NCBI GenBank assembly: GCA_010093995.1
Contig: ML992503.1
Span: forward strand, 1,107,234-1,171,233
Direction of reading: 5' to 3'
DNA from: Elsinoe ampelina
Lineage: Eukaryota
DNA length: 64,000 nt
Shown here: piece after piece, positions 45,237 to 57,038 of the stretch
How the letters are laid out: each line of letters begins with the position of its first letter
Numbering within the stretch: position 1 is the stretch's first letter
Program-made: the position numbers and the translations under genes
Notes under the pieces: generated by a model
The model's input: only the letters and a program-made list of their open reading frames with translations
Told to the model about the DNA's origin: nothing
Database searches by the model: none

Positions 45237-47427
45237 CTAGTTTGTCCTTGCCCACTCCCTATACCACTCCAAACACTCCGCATTGGCCACCGATGCCGAC
45301 GTCTTGACATTCAACCCACAAAGAATCTGCTTGACCGCATTCTCGACCCTGTCAATCATTAGCGACCCTCTCAAGCCCTCAGAAACAGAAACTCACTTCT
45401 TCCCATTCACCGTCACCGGTATCTCGGGACACTCCACCACCACACCGGGCACATGCCTCGCACTCAACTCCCTCCTCACCACCCCCTTGACCCTCTGCAC
45501 CAACTCCTCCCCAAACTCCCCTCCCTCCTTCATCTTACAAAACAACACCACCGTCTCATCCTGATCCGTCTCCCTCCTCCGGCCAATACACAACGAATCC
45601 TCCACCTCGCCCCCGAAATGCTCAAAGACCAAATTATAAATCTCCGCGCTCCCGAACCTGACGCCTCCCGGCTTGAGGATACCGTCGCTCCGACCCAGCA
45701 TGTAGATGCCGCCCGTGGACGGGTTGAAGCGCACAAAGTCGCCGTGCGCCCACACGTCGGGGAACATGTCGAAGTAGCTGGCTTTGTACTTTGCCTCCCC
45801 GTCGGGACCCCAGAACGTCACGGGCTGGCACGCGAAGGGGCGCAGGCACACGAGGTCGCCTGGTTCGCCTGTCGGGCTGACGTTTGCGCCTTGGTAGTCC
45901 CATGCTTGCACCGCCATGCCGAGGCCGAGGACTTGGATTTCTCCGCAGTGGACCGGGGTTAGGGGGCACGGGGCGCCGAAGAGGGAGATGATGTCTGTGC
46001 CGCCGGTTATGGAGCCGAGGTTGAGAGGGGGGAAGGCGGTGTAGACGTAGGAGAAGGTGGAGGGGGCGAGGGGGGAGCCGGTGGAGTAGATTGCTTTGAG
46101 GGTGGTGAGGGAGAGGTTGTGAGGGGCCGAGCGGGGGAGGAGGGATTTGCCTTCGAGGATGGAAAGGTATTTGGCTGAGGTGCCGAAGTGGGTGATGCGG
46201 AGTTCGTCGATGAGGCGGGGCATGGCGAGGTCGTCGGGGATGGAGAGGTCGGAGGAGGATGCAGGGGCGGGGGAGCGGAAGGGGGAGCCGTCGTAGAGGA
46301 TGAGGGTAGCGCCGGAGGCGAGGCCGGATATAAGCCAGTGCCACATCATCCAGGTGGTGGAGCTGTAGTAGAAGAGTCGGTCGCCTGGGCGAATGTCGCA
46401 GTGGAGGATGTGCTCTTTTTTGTGTTGGAGGAGGGTACCGATGGCGCCGTGGACGATGGCCTTGGGCTTGCCTGTGGTACCTGAGGAATAGAGGATGTAG
46501 ACGGGGTGGTCTGGTGGGAGTTGCTTGAACTGGATCTCTTTTGAAGCTGGAGCGGATGAGAACTGTGAGTGGGTGACAGCGCGACCAGAGAAAGATTCAG
46601 CCTGGGTGTTGATAGGGAATGATGTGATGGTCTCGAGAATGACAATCTTCTTGACCGAAGGCAATGAGGCGCATATCTCTTCGACCTTGGGCAGTGTTGG
46701 GTGCGTCTTGCCATTGTAGATGACAGCATTGTCGCAAATGAAAATGACCGGCTCAATCTGCACCATCCTATCCAGAACTGCCGTCACCCCTGTATCCGGA
46801 GATACTGCTGTCCAAACACCACCAAGAGATGTCGCTGCCAGCATCGCCACTAGAGCATTGGTATGGTTGGCCACAAAGCCCCCAACCCGATCGCCAACCT
46901 GCAGACCGGCTGCGATCATACCCGCTTGACATTTTCGTACACGTTCTCGTAGCTCTGACCAGGTCACTTGCTCTCTCGACACCTCATTTGCTGAGATGAG
47001 TGCAAGACTCTCTGGGTCGACATGTCGTGTTGGGTAGAGCAAATTCTCTGCAAAATTGAGCTCGGCACCGGGGAAGAATGAGGGTCGCGGGAACATGACA
47101 TTCTCGTCAGAGATGGACTGATGTATGGTCAGCATACCATGCATAGTGTTGATCCACACTTCTCAATAGACATGGCCTCACCTTGCCATAGCTTTTCGAG
47201 GCTTTGATGCCCACATATTGCCATGTCTCGGACCAGAAAGACGAGATGTCGTCTACGCTCCATTGATACAGGTCGTTATATGTCTTGAAGTCCTTGCTGT
47301 ATTTTTTGTTTATTCCTGTCATAAATTCGTGCATGTGAGTGCTCTCTGGATCTGGTTGCCTCCATAGTTCAGCGCCAGGTTGGACAGGGGCTTTCGCCAC
47401 CCCATTGGTCTTCACGTGACCATTCAT
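45237..47427 (-). CDS. Acetoacetyl-CoA synthetase (3 exons)
   Basis: YNDLYQWSV, FFPGAELNFAENLL, ILYSSGTTGKPKAIVH, TTWMMWHWL, SITGGTDI, WAHGDF, GRSDGILKPGGVRFGSAEIY and NGKK|VENAVKQIL...ANAECLEWY. Introns near 47118-47181 and 45350-45397. Confidence 0.93.
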
Positions 47428-47669
47428 GAAGCAGCGAGGTCGAAGATTGAAAATTTGTACATTCAGGATGGTACGATATCAAAAGTACCTGCAGTGATGA
47501 GGCTCATGTCTTGGTCCCATTTCCGCTCCGGACTCCGGACACCGAAAGTCAAGTCGACCCGGTTCCAATGTTGGGGAAAAAAGGAGGAGCCGATTCCAAC
47601 CGAGATGATCCCTGATTGTCTTCGTCTCTTCACTTCAACCTCGGAATCATCATTCTTCGACCTTCATGG

Positions 47670-48412
47670 TCACAAGCCAGCCGTATCCTTGATGCATCTC
47701 GCCACCTCGTGCTGAGCCAAGTTGGCGATGGCCAGGAATACCACATCGTCCAGATTGACAGCAGCCTCGTTCAGGTCCCTCGCAATGATGCCTCTCTTCG
47801 CCCATGCCAACCAATGTCGATGACTCTGTCCCACATGCTGGCGCCACTTCTCCTCGCTCTCGAAAGACATTGAACACCAAGGCAGGTCACAGCAGAACCG
47901 CTCAGGGCCCTGCTTCTTGACGTGCGCCAGGAGATTCCGCTCAAACGCCACGAGATTGCCGTAGTCGATCATGGTAACCAGCAGTTCTTCGGCCGCTTCA
48001 TGCTTCTTTGCGTCACACAGCTATCGCTGTCAGCTTGCGCGGACTCATCATCTCCCCAGACTCCAACTCACTTGGTCGTAGAGGTAGGCGAAGGTGGGAT
48101 CACCCTTGAAAACAGAGAGGTACCTCGAGCGCTCAGACTCAACAGCCTCGCCAATATCGCAAATTCTCAGAGTCTCTTCTTGCTCGAATCCTGGCAGACG
48201 CAGCGGTACAGGCATAAACTGGTAGTCTGTAATGTGTCAGCACGTATTTGTAATGGGCGACGTGATTGCAATCCACATTCACCCTGCTCAATCACATTTG
48301 CCAATTTCTTGAGCACTTCTCGGGCGGTGACGACACCGAAAGAGCCACAGCTTCTACCAGGCCTCGACTGCTTCGCGGGCTTGACCTTGTTACCGTTTCG
48401 AGCTTGCGGCAT
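47670..48412 (-). CDS. Hypothetical protein with a single C2H2-like zinc finger (3 exons)
   Basis: MPQARNG...EQ|DYQFMPVP...YLYDQ|LCDAKKH... joined by two canonical introns with CTGAC branch sites. Contains CDLPWCSMSFESEEKWRQHVGQSH. Confidence 0.65.
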
Positions 48413-48619
48413 GGCGGAAGGTGCGAAAAGGACTTGTGACAAAGAGAAGGAGTCACAGGCGAGCTAGAAGCATCCTGATCTTCACACTTCCCTTCGGCAT
48501 GTGTTTTCACATGATCGTTCCATCAATACCACAATCCATACAGTACTGCCACAAGATTCATATAGTACTACCACAATTCGTGCAACAGCACTACCACAAT
48601 TCGTAGAGTACCACCAGCT

Positions 48620-49547
48620 ATGGATCCCAGAAGGCCATCGGGGCCATCAGTTCAACAATCGATCAATATCGAAGACGATCCACCAGTGACGACGGCGCCA
48701 ACAGCACACATGTACGAGGCAAGATCCAATACATCACAAACGGCTGCCACGGCTGAAGCGGAAGCGACTGCTGCAACGACTGCCGCAACGACTGCTGATA
48801 CGACCCACCCCGCAACCGACGGATCAGAGGTACCAGACGCCTCTGCACAAATTGTCGACATGTTGACAGGAAACACCCTCAAAGGCCGCCCCTGGAATGA
48901 GGTCGGACCCGCCGCCACATCCGCCTTTGTCGTAGGTCTAACACGAGAGTCCCACCGTATCTGCAGGTGCACTAACGACGACTCACCAGGCACGCTATCG
49001 CGATCTCGTCTCCGACTTACCGCTCACAATGAATACTGTTCGCGTCCTCGTTGTCTGCGTCCTCACGTACAAAGGAGAGATCCCGCAACGGGTGTACACA
49101 GCACGCACCGTTCGTTGCATTGCTGCTCTCTACATTGCTATACTCAGGTCCCAAATGCTGGTAGGAAGAATGGGCGGAGAGGCACGTACCCAGGAGCTGC
49201 CCTCGATTGCTTATGCAAATCTCGCAATACGTTCTGCTATCGACTGGGGCCTGGGCGACCTCGACACAAGCCTTGGTCCACCAGTGGTCACGCTACAAAA
49301 TCTACTAGAAGCTACAGCCTTTGTGCGACATCGGCAGACCTCCCGGAACGACGAATTGGCGCGCATTGTGGTAGTTTCACGCAATGATCCAATTGCCCTG
49401 GAACAAGCTCTGATCCTGCTTGAGAATCCCGCTCGCTGTAAACCTGGTAGTTTGCCACGCTCGAAACTACCACCACCCAGGCTAGATGCGTTACTCGCAT
49501 GGGTCCAACATCACTGGGTAAGACAGTTCGGCACGCAAGGCCGATAG
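48620..49547 (+). CDS. Hypothetical protein (2 exons)
   Basis: Exon 1 is MDPRRPSG...ATSAFV. A GTAGGT...CTAAC...CAG intron (~48932-48989) joins it in frame to ARYRDLVSDLPLTMNTVRVLVV... (ORF 49029-49547). Confidence 0.6.
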
Positions 49548-49718
49548 AATCCGGAGATTTTCGTGCACATCTCGGAAGCGTGGGATAAGTGGTACGTCAA
49601 TCTATGGATGACGAGGGGCAGTCCCTGGCAACTCGACCTAAGAATCGTGCCGTACTCGATGTAGATGGACATTCATTCACAGCCAGGCTCTCGCTAATAC
49701 TACCACATTCTCTCCTCC

Positions 49719-52700
49719 CTACCTCTTCAACGTCTTCTGCTTCTCCCCATGCTCCACCACCTTCCGCTTAACAAACAGTCCCTTCCTCTCCCTCACCCTC
49801 TCCACATACCGCAACGCCACGTTCTCCTTATCCCCCTTCTCCCCTAGATCCTCCAACTCCTCCTCCGTCGTCGGCACCCAATACGGATCTTCATCCAACA
49901 TCTCAAACCCCTCAAACACCAACTGCGGGCTCGCGGCACCGCTCGTCCTCTTCCTGATCTCATCGGCAAAACCCCAACTCTCGGCCACGGGCAACAGCGC
50001 CACGATCGTAAAATTCGGCGACGGCTCGAGCAGCGACTCGGAGATGATCCGCCCTCGTCGGCGGGTGATGACACCGTACACCCTCCCCAGCACTTCGGCC
50101 GAGGCCTGGATCTCGCAGCTGTACATGGCGAGCAGGATACGGGGGGACCAATCGAGGAAGGCGGCGCGGATGGAGTCGCGGACCGCTTTGATGACTTCGC
50201 CCGTGAGACGGCCTAGGTTCTGACGCTCGGAACTTGCGGCGTCGGGGGCGATGGTGATGCTCTCGAGGAAGACGGCGGCGCCTTGCATTGGTTCGGCGCA
50301 GAGGGGGCCTTGGTGGGTCGCGAGCTGGAAGGCGTGGGCGATTTTGTCGACGAAGTCGGACGGGGTGAGGGAGGTGTGGGAGGGGGTTTCTTGCGAGGAG
50401 GAGGAGGAGGAGGCGTCGGGCCCGTCGTGGAGGAAGGCCCCGCAGATTTTGTCCGGGGTGGCGTCGATGAGCAGGTTGGGTCCTACGCGCCGGGGCCCGA
50501 AGGCGATGATTTTGCTGACGATGGAGGTCCAGATGTCTTTGTCTTCGGGGACGGAGGCGAAGGTCGTGGTGAGTTGGGTGCGGAGGTCGGAGAGGGTGAG
50601 GGTCGAGGTGGCGGCTTCGTCGATGGCGTCTTCGATGCGGGTGGAGTTGGTGGGGGTTTCTTCGGTGTCGGAGGAGATGTCGGTTTGGTCGGCTTTTTGG
50701 TGCCTTTGTTCTTCGGCGGCTTTCTTTTCGGAGTAGAGCTTGCGGATGGCTGCGGCATTCTTGACAAGGAAGTCGGTAACGACTTGGGGGAGGGGTCGGA
50801 CGCTGAGGCGGACTGTGACTTGCTTGCTGGTGGCGATGGCGTCTATACGGCCTCGACCCAGCTCTGTATTCTTTGGTGCGTTCATATCTTCTTGCCTGAC
50901 GATGCCTTCTCGGTAGGGTACGATGACTTCGCCGGCTTGAACATCGCATTTGGCGAATCGTTCCCGGAGATCTTTCAAGCATCTTTCGAGATGCAACTCG
51001 CCAGCTGTGACAATGACATGCTCACCGCTTTCCATCTGCTCGTATATGACAGCAGGGTCAGCCTGCTCGAGGAGCTTCAGTCCGGTGATCATCTTGTCAA
51101 GATCAGTCGGCCATGCTGGTTCTAGTGCTACACGGACAATTGGTGCGTTCGTGCTGATCGCGCCCGTGCTGGAAAGATTGGGACCTCCTTCAAGGACAGT
51201 AGAGATGGTGCCAGATTTGAGTACAGCACCTTCGAGGCCACCAATACCGACCACGGACCCTGCAGGGACCGATGTAAGGGCCTCCAAACTTCTTCCCATG
51301 AGTAGGTACAAAGCTGTAACAGTGACCTTCTTCGGCTCAGGTGATGCATGTGGCTTCGCTGGTGTGAATTTCGGTGGCAGGACGTAGACTTCGTCGCCAA
51401 CCTTCAGAGTTCCAGAGAAGACTCGTGCAAAACCTATCAGATGCTCCTTCTCCTGCTTCTCACCTGTGCTTCCATTGGTCGGCTGTCTTGACAAATCTCC
51501 CTCGTCGCCAATAGCGGCAGTACTCAGAGCATCAGTAACGGAATCCATGTCTGGATTCTCGCCGTTCGCAAGAGCTTGTGCGCGAGCAAACTCGGCTCTC
51601 TTCTTCCGGCCGAGCTCGCGAGCTTCCTCAGCAGTCAATGCGCCGCCTTTTCGTTTGTTGACCGGTAGTTCGCTCTCCGGTACAGCGACCATCTTGCTGA
51701 CATATGCGATTACTGGATCATCGACACCTTTCTTGAACTCGCACATGGCTGCTTTGACTTTGTCGTCCACGTAGTCGGATCCAGGGGAGCTCTCGATCAA
51801 TGCTGGAAGTCGTGAAGCTTGTGCGACTGGAGGCGAGGGAAGGTGTTCGACGACTGAGACTAGGACGGCTGTCGATAAAGGAAGCCAGGACGAGAAAACG
51901 GTGGTAAGGAGTCCTCGAGGATCCCTAGCCCTGAGGACATGCTGTGGAATAGTAATGTTGAGTGCGTTGGAGATCTTCTCTAGCATGGCAGGATCCCTGG
52001 ACTGAATTAGCAAGCGGCCTACAATAATTAGTGTAGTTTTATCTGCTCACCCTTTGCCATTGTTGCTCCCCACAGTAGCCTCATAGACTGCCCAGATATT
52101 ATCCAGTACAAGCTGTACAAATATAGGTTTGAGATTCCGCCCTTTCAAATGCTTGCTACCCAGTATGCGCTTCGTCTTCGGATCCAAATAGAAATCGCCC
52201 CATAGTACCTTTTCCAGAACTGCTCGCTTGATGCCTAATTTCTTTTCGTATATCCCAGCAAATTGCCGCGGCGTGAATGCCCATCCATCTATCGCACTTC
52301 CAAATATGACATTGTTGTTCTCCGGCGCAAAATAGATACTCTCGTCGTCGTCGTCCTCATAGTCTGCGGGTGTCGCAGTCGTGTCTAGACCTCCCTCATC
52401 GCCCACAAAGCTCGCTTTCCGTGGTCGACCTGGAACTTCTGTGGCATTATCCTGCTTCAGCTTCGCAGCAGCCGCGGCTACCGACTCGTCTAGTCGTTCT
52501 CGCCACCGGAGATCTGATTCCATGCGCTCTCCTAAGGCGAAGCTCCCCATTACAGCGTTGACCTGCTCCAGCAGTTTCGAAAGGTGTGTGTATGCTTCTA
52601 GAGGAGTCATCTTCAGCTCCGTGATCAGTCTATCCATCTTATTGATCACCAGTAATGGCTTCAACTTCTCGTTCCATGTTTGTCGAAGGACCGTCACTGT

Positions 52701-53207
52701 TTGACTGCATACACCCTCGACGGCATCTACGAGTACCAGAGCTCCATCACATAAGCGTGATGCAGTAGAGACCTCACTGCTAAAGTCGATATGGCCGGGT
52801 GAATCTATCAGGTTTATAAGATGCTCGCTGGGCTTCGGTTCTGCATCTGGTGACGTCCGTCGAAGTAGGGAGAAGAACAGTGAGATGGCGGAGGACTCCA
52901 TGGTGATCCCCCGTTGCTGCTCATCTGGTCTGGAGTCCAGATAGCGGATCTTTCCCGCCATGCGAGCTGAAATGATCCCATTTGTGGCGATGAGTGCGTC
53001 TGTGAGCGATGTCTTGCCGTGATCCTACTTGTGTGAGTAGCGGATATGACTTGACTTCTCGTGGTACATACAACGTGAGCCAAGATACAGATCTGTGAAT
53101 TGTCAACCCCTGTTTAGACCAAGAGCACCGCCTCTATGACGTACATTCCTCATACCATCTGCGGCATGCTGGAGCTTCACCAGCTTTTCTGGCGAGACTA
53201 CAGGCAT
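49719..53207 (-). CDS. RIA1: Ribosome-assembly GTPase Ria1/Efl1 (EF-2-like) (4 exons)
   Basis: MRN|ICILAHV|DHGKTSLTD, YLDSRPDEQQRGITMESS, LIDSPGHIDF, NKMD, GELHLERCLKDL and RKRTSGAASPQL. A 21-nt exon lies at 53072-53092. Confidence 0.95.
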
Positions 53208-53636
53208 CTTGAATGGAGTTCATGGGGACCCGTGGACAGTAGTGAGATCCCGTGGCGATATATGAATTCACCCTCTGCCGCGAGTGACGCAGAATGAGTA
53301 ATTCAAGTGGAGCATAAAAATGCTTGATCGCTCACGAACCGCCTCTGCACAGGCCACTTCCCCAGATTCCGGCTGGCATGAACAGTGCACGTCAGTCACA
53401 AACTTGAACGTGGAATGAATCTCAATCAACTGAAACCTCCGCCGACCGTGTGACTTCTCCAGCTGTCAAGGTCATTCCTCCGCTGTCAGAAGTCGACATC
53501 GCGTTGTAAAACTCCGACTCTACCTCCGGAAAACCCCAAGCAATCTCAATACCCAGCCTTCAATGGACAAGACACAAATACGGACCGGCCGTCGCTTACT
53601 GAGCTCCGATCGACTTTCCAACAACAAGCGGTAGAG

Positions 53637-54926
53637 ATGGCGAATGCAGTGGCCGCCCCTTCCGCGTCTGCGCGACCTATAGGACCTCTTCGATTGGACA
53701 GCACTCCTTCGCTGGCCAATGCCGCCGAGCGCGTTAGAAACGTACACCTCGCACTTGATACTCTGTCTCCCGTCAATCAAAAAGGACATTTCGAGTTCGA
53801 CCGGGTGATCAAGGCAGGACAAGTGCTTAAGCGGACACGTAAGACAAAGTCATGGCGGCCAGTATACCTGGTCCTGAGACCGAATCTATTGTCAATATAC
53901 CGGAAGGAAGATGAAAACAAATTGCGACACAAGATCATCCTCTCGGACCTGACCGCAATCGCCCGTCAGCGAGATCCCAAGGGCAAGGCAAAGCACGTCT
54001 TTGGTCTCTTCTCCCCTTCGCGCAACTTCCACCTCGGCGCCAAAGACGACAAGGAAGCACAAGAGTGGGTAGAACTCATACGGAGAGAAGCGCGCATCGA
54101 CGAAGACGAGGAGGACATGAACCTAATGAGTCCCGGTGGCAGGCCAGACAGCAAATATACTGGCTTTGGCAGACACGGCAGACATACCACACAACACCGC
54201 AGCACACCCCAACGAGGCACTGAAGGACCGGGCTTCAGCTCCTCCGACCCGGACCCCTTCCCACAATCCTCCCCCTCCCGTACCGCCCCGACCTATCCCC
54301 CAGGCGACCCCCGCCGCCCCTCCACCACCCTCGACTATTCCGGCCCTGAAAACGCCTCCTACTCCGACTTCTCCGACTTCGCCGGCAACGCTGCTCGCCT
54401 CTCAGCCCTCTCCCTCTCCCGCCCTAAAGGCCTGGACCAAGACGTTCCCGAAGAACCCAGCGATGGCGCCCCAACCCCTGCCTCCCCTGTCCCTCCTCAA
54501 CCTGCCCCAACAGCCGACTCCCCTGAAGACGCCCACGCCCTCGAAGAAGCCTCCGCCCGCGCCACCGTCGCCCAAATGCAAGAAGCCGCCCGCATCGTCA
54601 ACCAAGACTGGATCCTACTCCTCCGCTCCCGAGGCGCCGTGAAGCAATGGAAGAAAACCTGGATGGTGTTACGGCCGGGGTCATTAGCGATGTACAAGAA
54701 CGAGAAGGAGTCATCTGCGCTGAAAATCATACCGTTCGATGAGATTGTGGATGCGGTGGAGATTGACCCCATCAGTGGGAGTAAGAGGTATTGTTTGCAG
54801 GTCATCACCGAGGAGAAGGGGTATAGGTTTTGTGCGGCTGATGAGGATAAGTTGCTCAAGTGGTTGGGGGCTTTTAAGAGTTTGTTGGTGAGGAGGAGGG
54901 GGGAGGGGGGCAGTGTTGCGCTGTAG
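53637..54926 (+). CDS. Tandem PH-domain protein (Opy1-like)
   Basis: PH1 is IKAGQVLKRTRKTKSWRPVYLVLRPNLLSIY...AQEWVELIR. PH2 is QWKKTWMVLRPGSLAMYKNEKE...LLKWLGAFKSLL. Confidence 0.85.
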   Translation: MANAVAAPSASARPIGPLRLDSTPSLANAAERVRNVHLALDTLSPVNQKGHFEFDRVIKAGQVLKRTRKTKSWRPVYLVLRPNLLSIYRKEDENKLRHKIILSDLTAIARQRDPKGKAKHVFGLFSPSRNFHLGAKDDKEAQEWVELIRREARIDEDEEDMNLMSPGGRPDSKYTGFGRHGRHTTQHRSTPQRGTEGPGFSSSDPDPFPQSSPSRTAPTYPPGDPRRPSTTLDYSGPENASYSDFSDFAGNAARLSALSLSRPKGLDQDVPEEPSDGAPTPASPVPPQPAPTADSPEDAHALEEASARATVAQMQEAARIVNQDWILLLRSRGAVKQWKKTWMVLRPGSLAMYKNEKESSALKIIPFDEIVDAVEIDPISGSKRYCLQVITEEKGYRFCAADEDKLLKWLGAFKSLLVRRRGEGGSVAL

Positions 54927-55664
54927 GAGAGGGGGGAAACGGGAGGGGGGGAACGGGGGTAATGGATGATTGTTCTGGTCCGAACGGGAGGCCAAAGATG
55001 TCACCTTGTCGTGCAAAGTCGCCACGTGTCGCGGCCACTCTTGGGCGCTTGTATGCAATGTGGAAATCTGCAGTCTTGTGTGGGCTTCTGAAGCCTTGGT
55101 GTTGCGATATGGATCCAGTCTTGGCCTCCCGGCCGCCATGTGGCAAATGCTTTGGTATGGCGCGGCCATTCGCCGCTCTGGAATGTCAACACCCGATCAG
55201 ATTTGTACGTTTCGCATGACTGTCTTGTTGTGGTGGTGGCGGAGCAGATGCAAGTATACGGCGCAGCGGCGCTTCGCAGCTGCAGCTTGACGGAGCTTCA
55301 TGCACGCTCATGTTTCAGATCAGACATTGAGATGGATATTGTATGACATTGGTTGTACGTGCTGCGTTTACCTGGTCTCCTATCCTGAATCGAATGGGCA
55401 GTATTTGTCTCGTGTAAGGCCGAAGCACCGGCGTCCGGCGTTCTTAGGGCGGCGCTTGGATGCATGCATTATGGAGATGGACTCGTGGCCACTCATTACA
55501 AGCATGATATGTCAATCCTAGGTCAGGAAGAGCTAGGAGGGGCGCTCGTTGGGGACGACCTATGTTCCAGTTGAGCAAGTGGGTGAGGCAACATGCATGC
55601 TCCAGGTTGCTCGCACTGCTTTGACACGGTCAAAGGGGCGCGGTATACAGATCTCTACGCGCCG

Positions 55665-56474
55665 TCATCTGGAGGGTTCGAGCACTGCTCGTAGCCGGTC
55701 GCTAGCAGCAACGACATCATGCGGCACGTCGACATGTTTTATGAAACCCTTGCCTCGAGGCCCGTAGCCGTTCTCATCATCCCGCAATCGCGGTATCTCC
55801 CCGGCCAAGAGATCAAGGAAACGTTCTAGAGGCCAGAGATGGCGCGTAGGCAGATGTGGGTAATCGTATGCAATCCCAGTCGCGGTAGCCACCACCCTTG
55901 GTATGAAAGTTGGGCAGCCGAGGAAGCGAGGAGGTCGGTCCGAGTCCTCATACACTTTGTCAAAGCTCGCCAGAGTTCGCCGGAGCATAGTTGGGTCTTG
56001 TATGACGATGCACGTGCGTGGCGTGGGGATCCCTGTGGCTTCTAAGACCTTGCGAGTCTGTGATGCATTGGCGCCGCAATTGGTCGACTCGTCCTCGAAG
56101 AGAAGGCGGCAGCCACGACTCGTGATTTGAGGCATGTCGAAGAAGCGTTCGAGGAGAATGCCAACGACTCTTGCCTCTGGTAGTCCTTGAACGTCGTCAG
56201 CCACAATGTGGTAGTCTGTATGACTGGCCACTGCATCGTAGATGGCTTGAGTCGAGTGGCCGATACCGCCAGCGATAACCACGGTCTTGGAAAGGGCAGG
56301 ATTGTTTTCCAATGCTCGGAACAGTATTTCGGCTTGAGCGAGCACTTGAGAAGCGCAGATGACGATGCAGTCAACCGCGTCTTGTGCGCCTATGTTCTGA
56401 ACATCGGCGCGAGCCAGGTACTCGACCAGCAGGTTGATAGCGTCTGCTAGTCGAGCCGGTTCTGAGATCGACAT
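55665..56474 (-). CDS. DUF218/YdcF-like protein
   Basis: [36 protein letters not shown] and [27 protein letters not shown]. Confidence 0.85.
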   Translation of the reverse strand: MSISEPARLADAINLLVEYLARADVQNIGAQDAVDCIVICASQVLAQAEILFRALENNPALSKTVVIAGGIGHSTQAIYDAVASHTDYHIVADDVQGLPEARVVGILLERFFDMPQITSRGCRLLFEDESTNCGANASQTRKVLEATGIPTPRTCIVIQDPTMLRRTLASFDKVYEDSDRPPRFLGCPTFIPRVVATATGIAYDYPHLPTRHLWPLERFLDLLAGEIPRLRDDENGYGPRGKGFIKHVDVPHDVVAASDRLRAVLEPSR

Positions 56475-57038
56475 GGCTGCAGGGAAGATGAAGTGGCGCG
56501 GGCGGCCTGGAGAGGTCAATGTGACGGGTGGCTCTCATCAGCTGGAATTGAACATGTGCAAGCTGCAGCAGTGTTGGTGCGGCATGGAACTATTCCTGGG
56601 GGACCCGTTTTAGGCGAACGGAGCTGCAGGTGATCGGAAGCATGTTCTTGTCGGTCCGAGAAATTGGTCGGTCGCCTCGTTTACGCGCTGAAGTGCATTA
56701 TATTTTCCGGATGTGGTGCAGGGACTGCAGCGATGGACCTGGAGGTTCAAGCGATAAGTGCCATAGAAGAGAGCGTGGTAAATGTGTTGATGAGTGCATT
56801 GCTAGGATGGTTTTGGCTCGGAACATACTCGGACGACGGAAAGCCGACCACATGCGGCGCGGTTTCCACTGGCAATATATGACAAACGCGACTCCAGGCC
56901 TTGAGATGGTCACGAGGGAAGAAAGATGATAGCGCGTTGGATAATACAGCTCATATCATAAATGATAGGGAACTATAATATGTACTATTACGAGTGTAGA
57001 TCAAACTCTTCCTCTCCTGAAAACATCTTGTCAAGCAT

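Noticed and set aside
55665..56474. Intronless YdcF-like gene as a recent horizontal transfer
   Set aside because: Composition matches its neighbours and DUF218 proteins are common in fungi; a phylogeny would be required.
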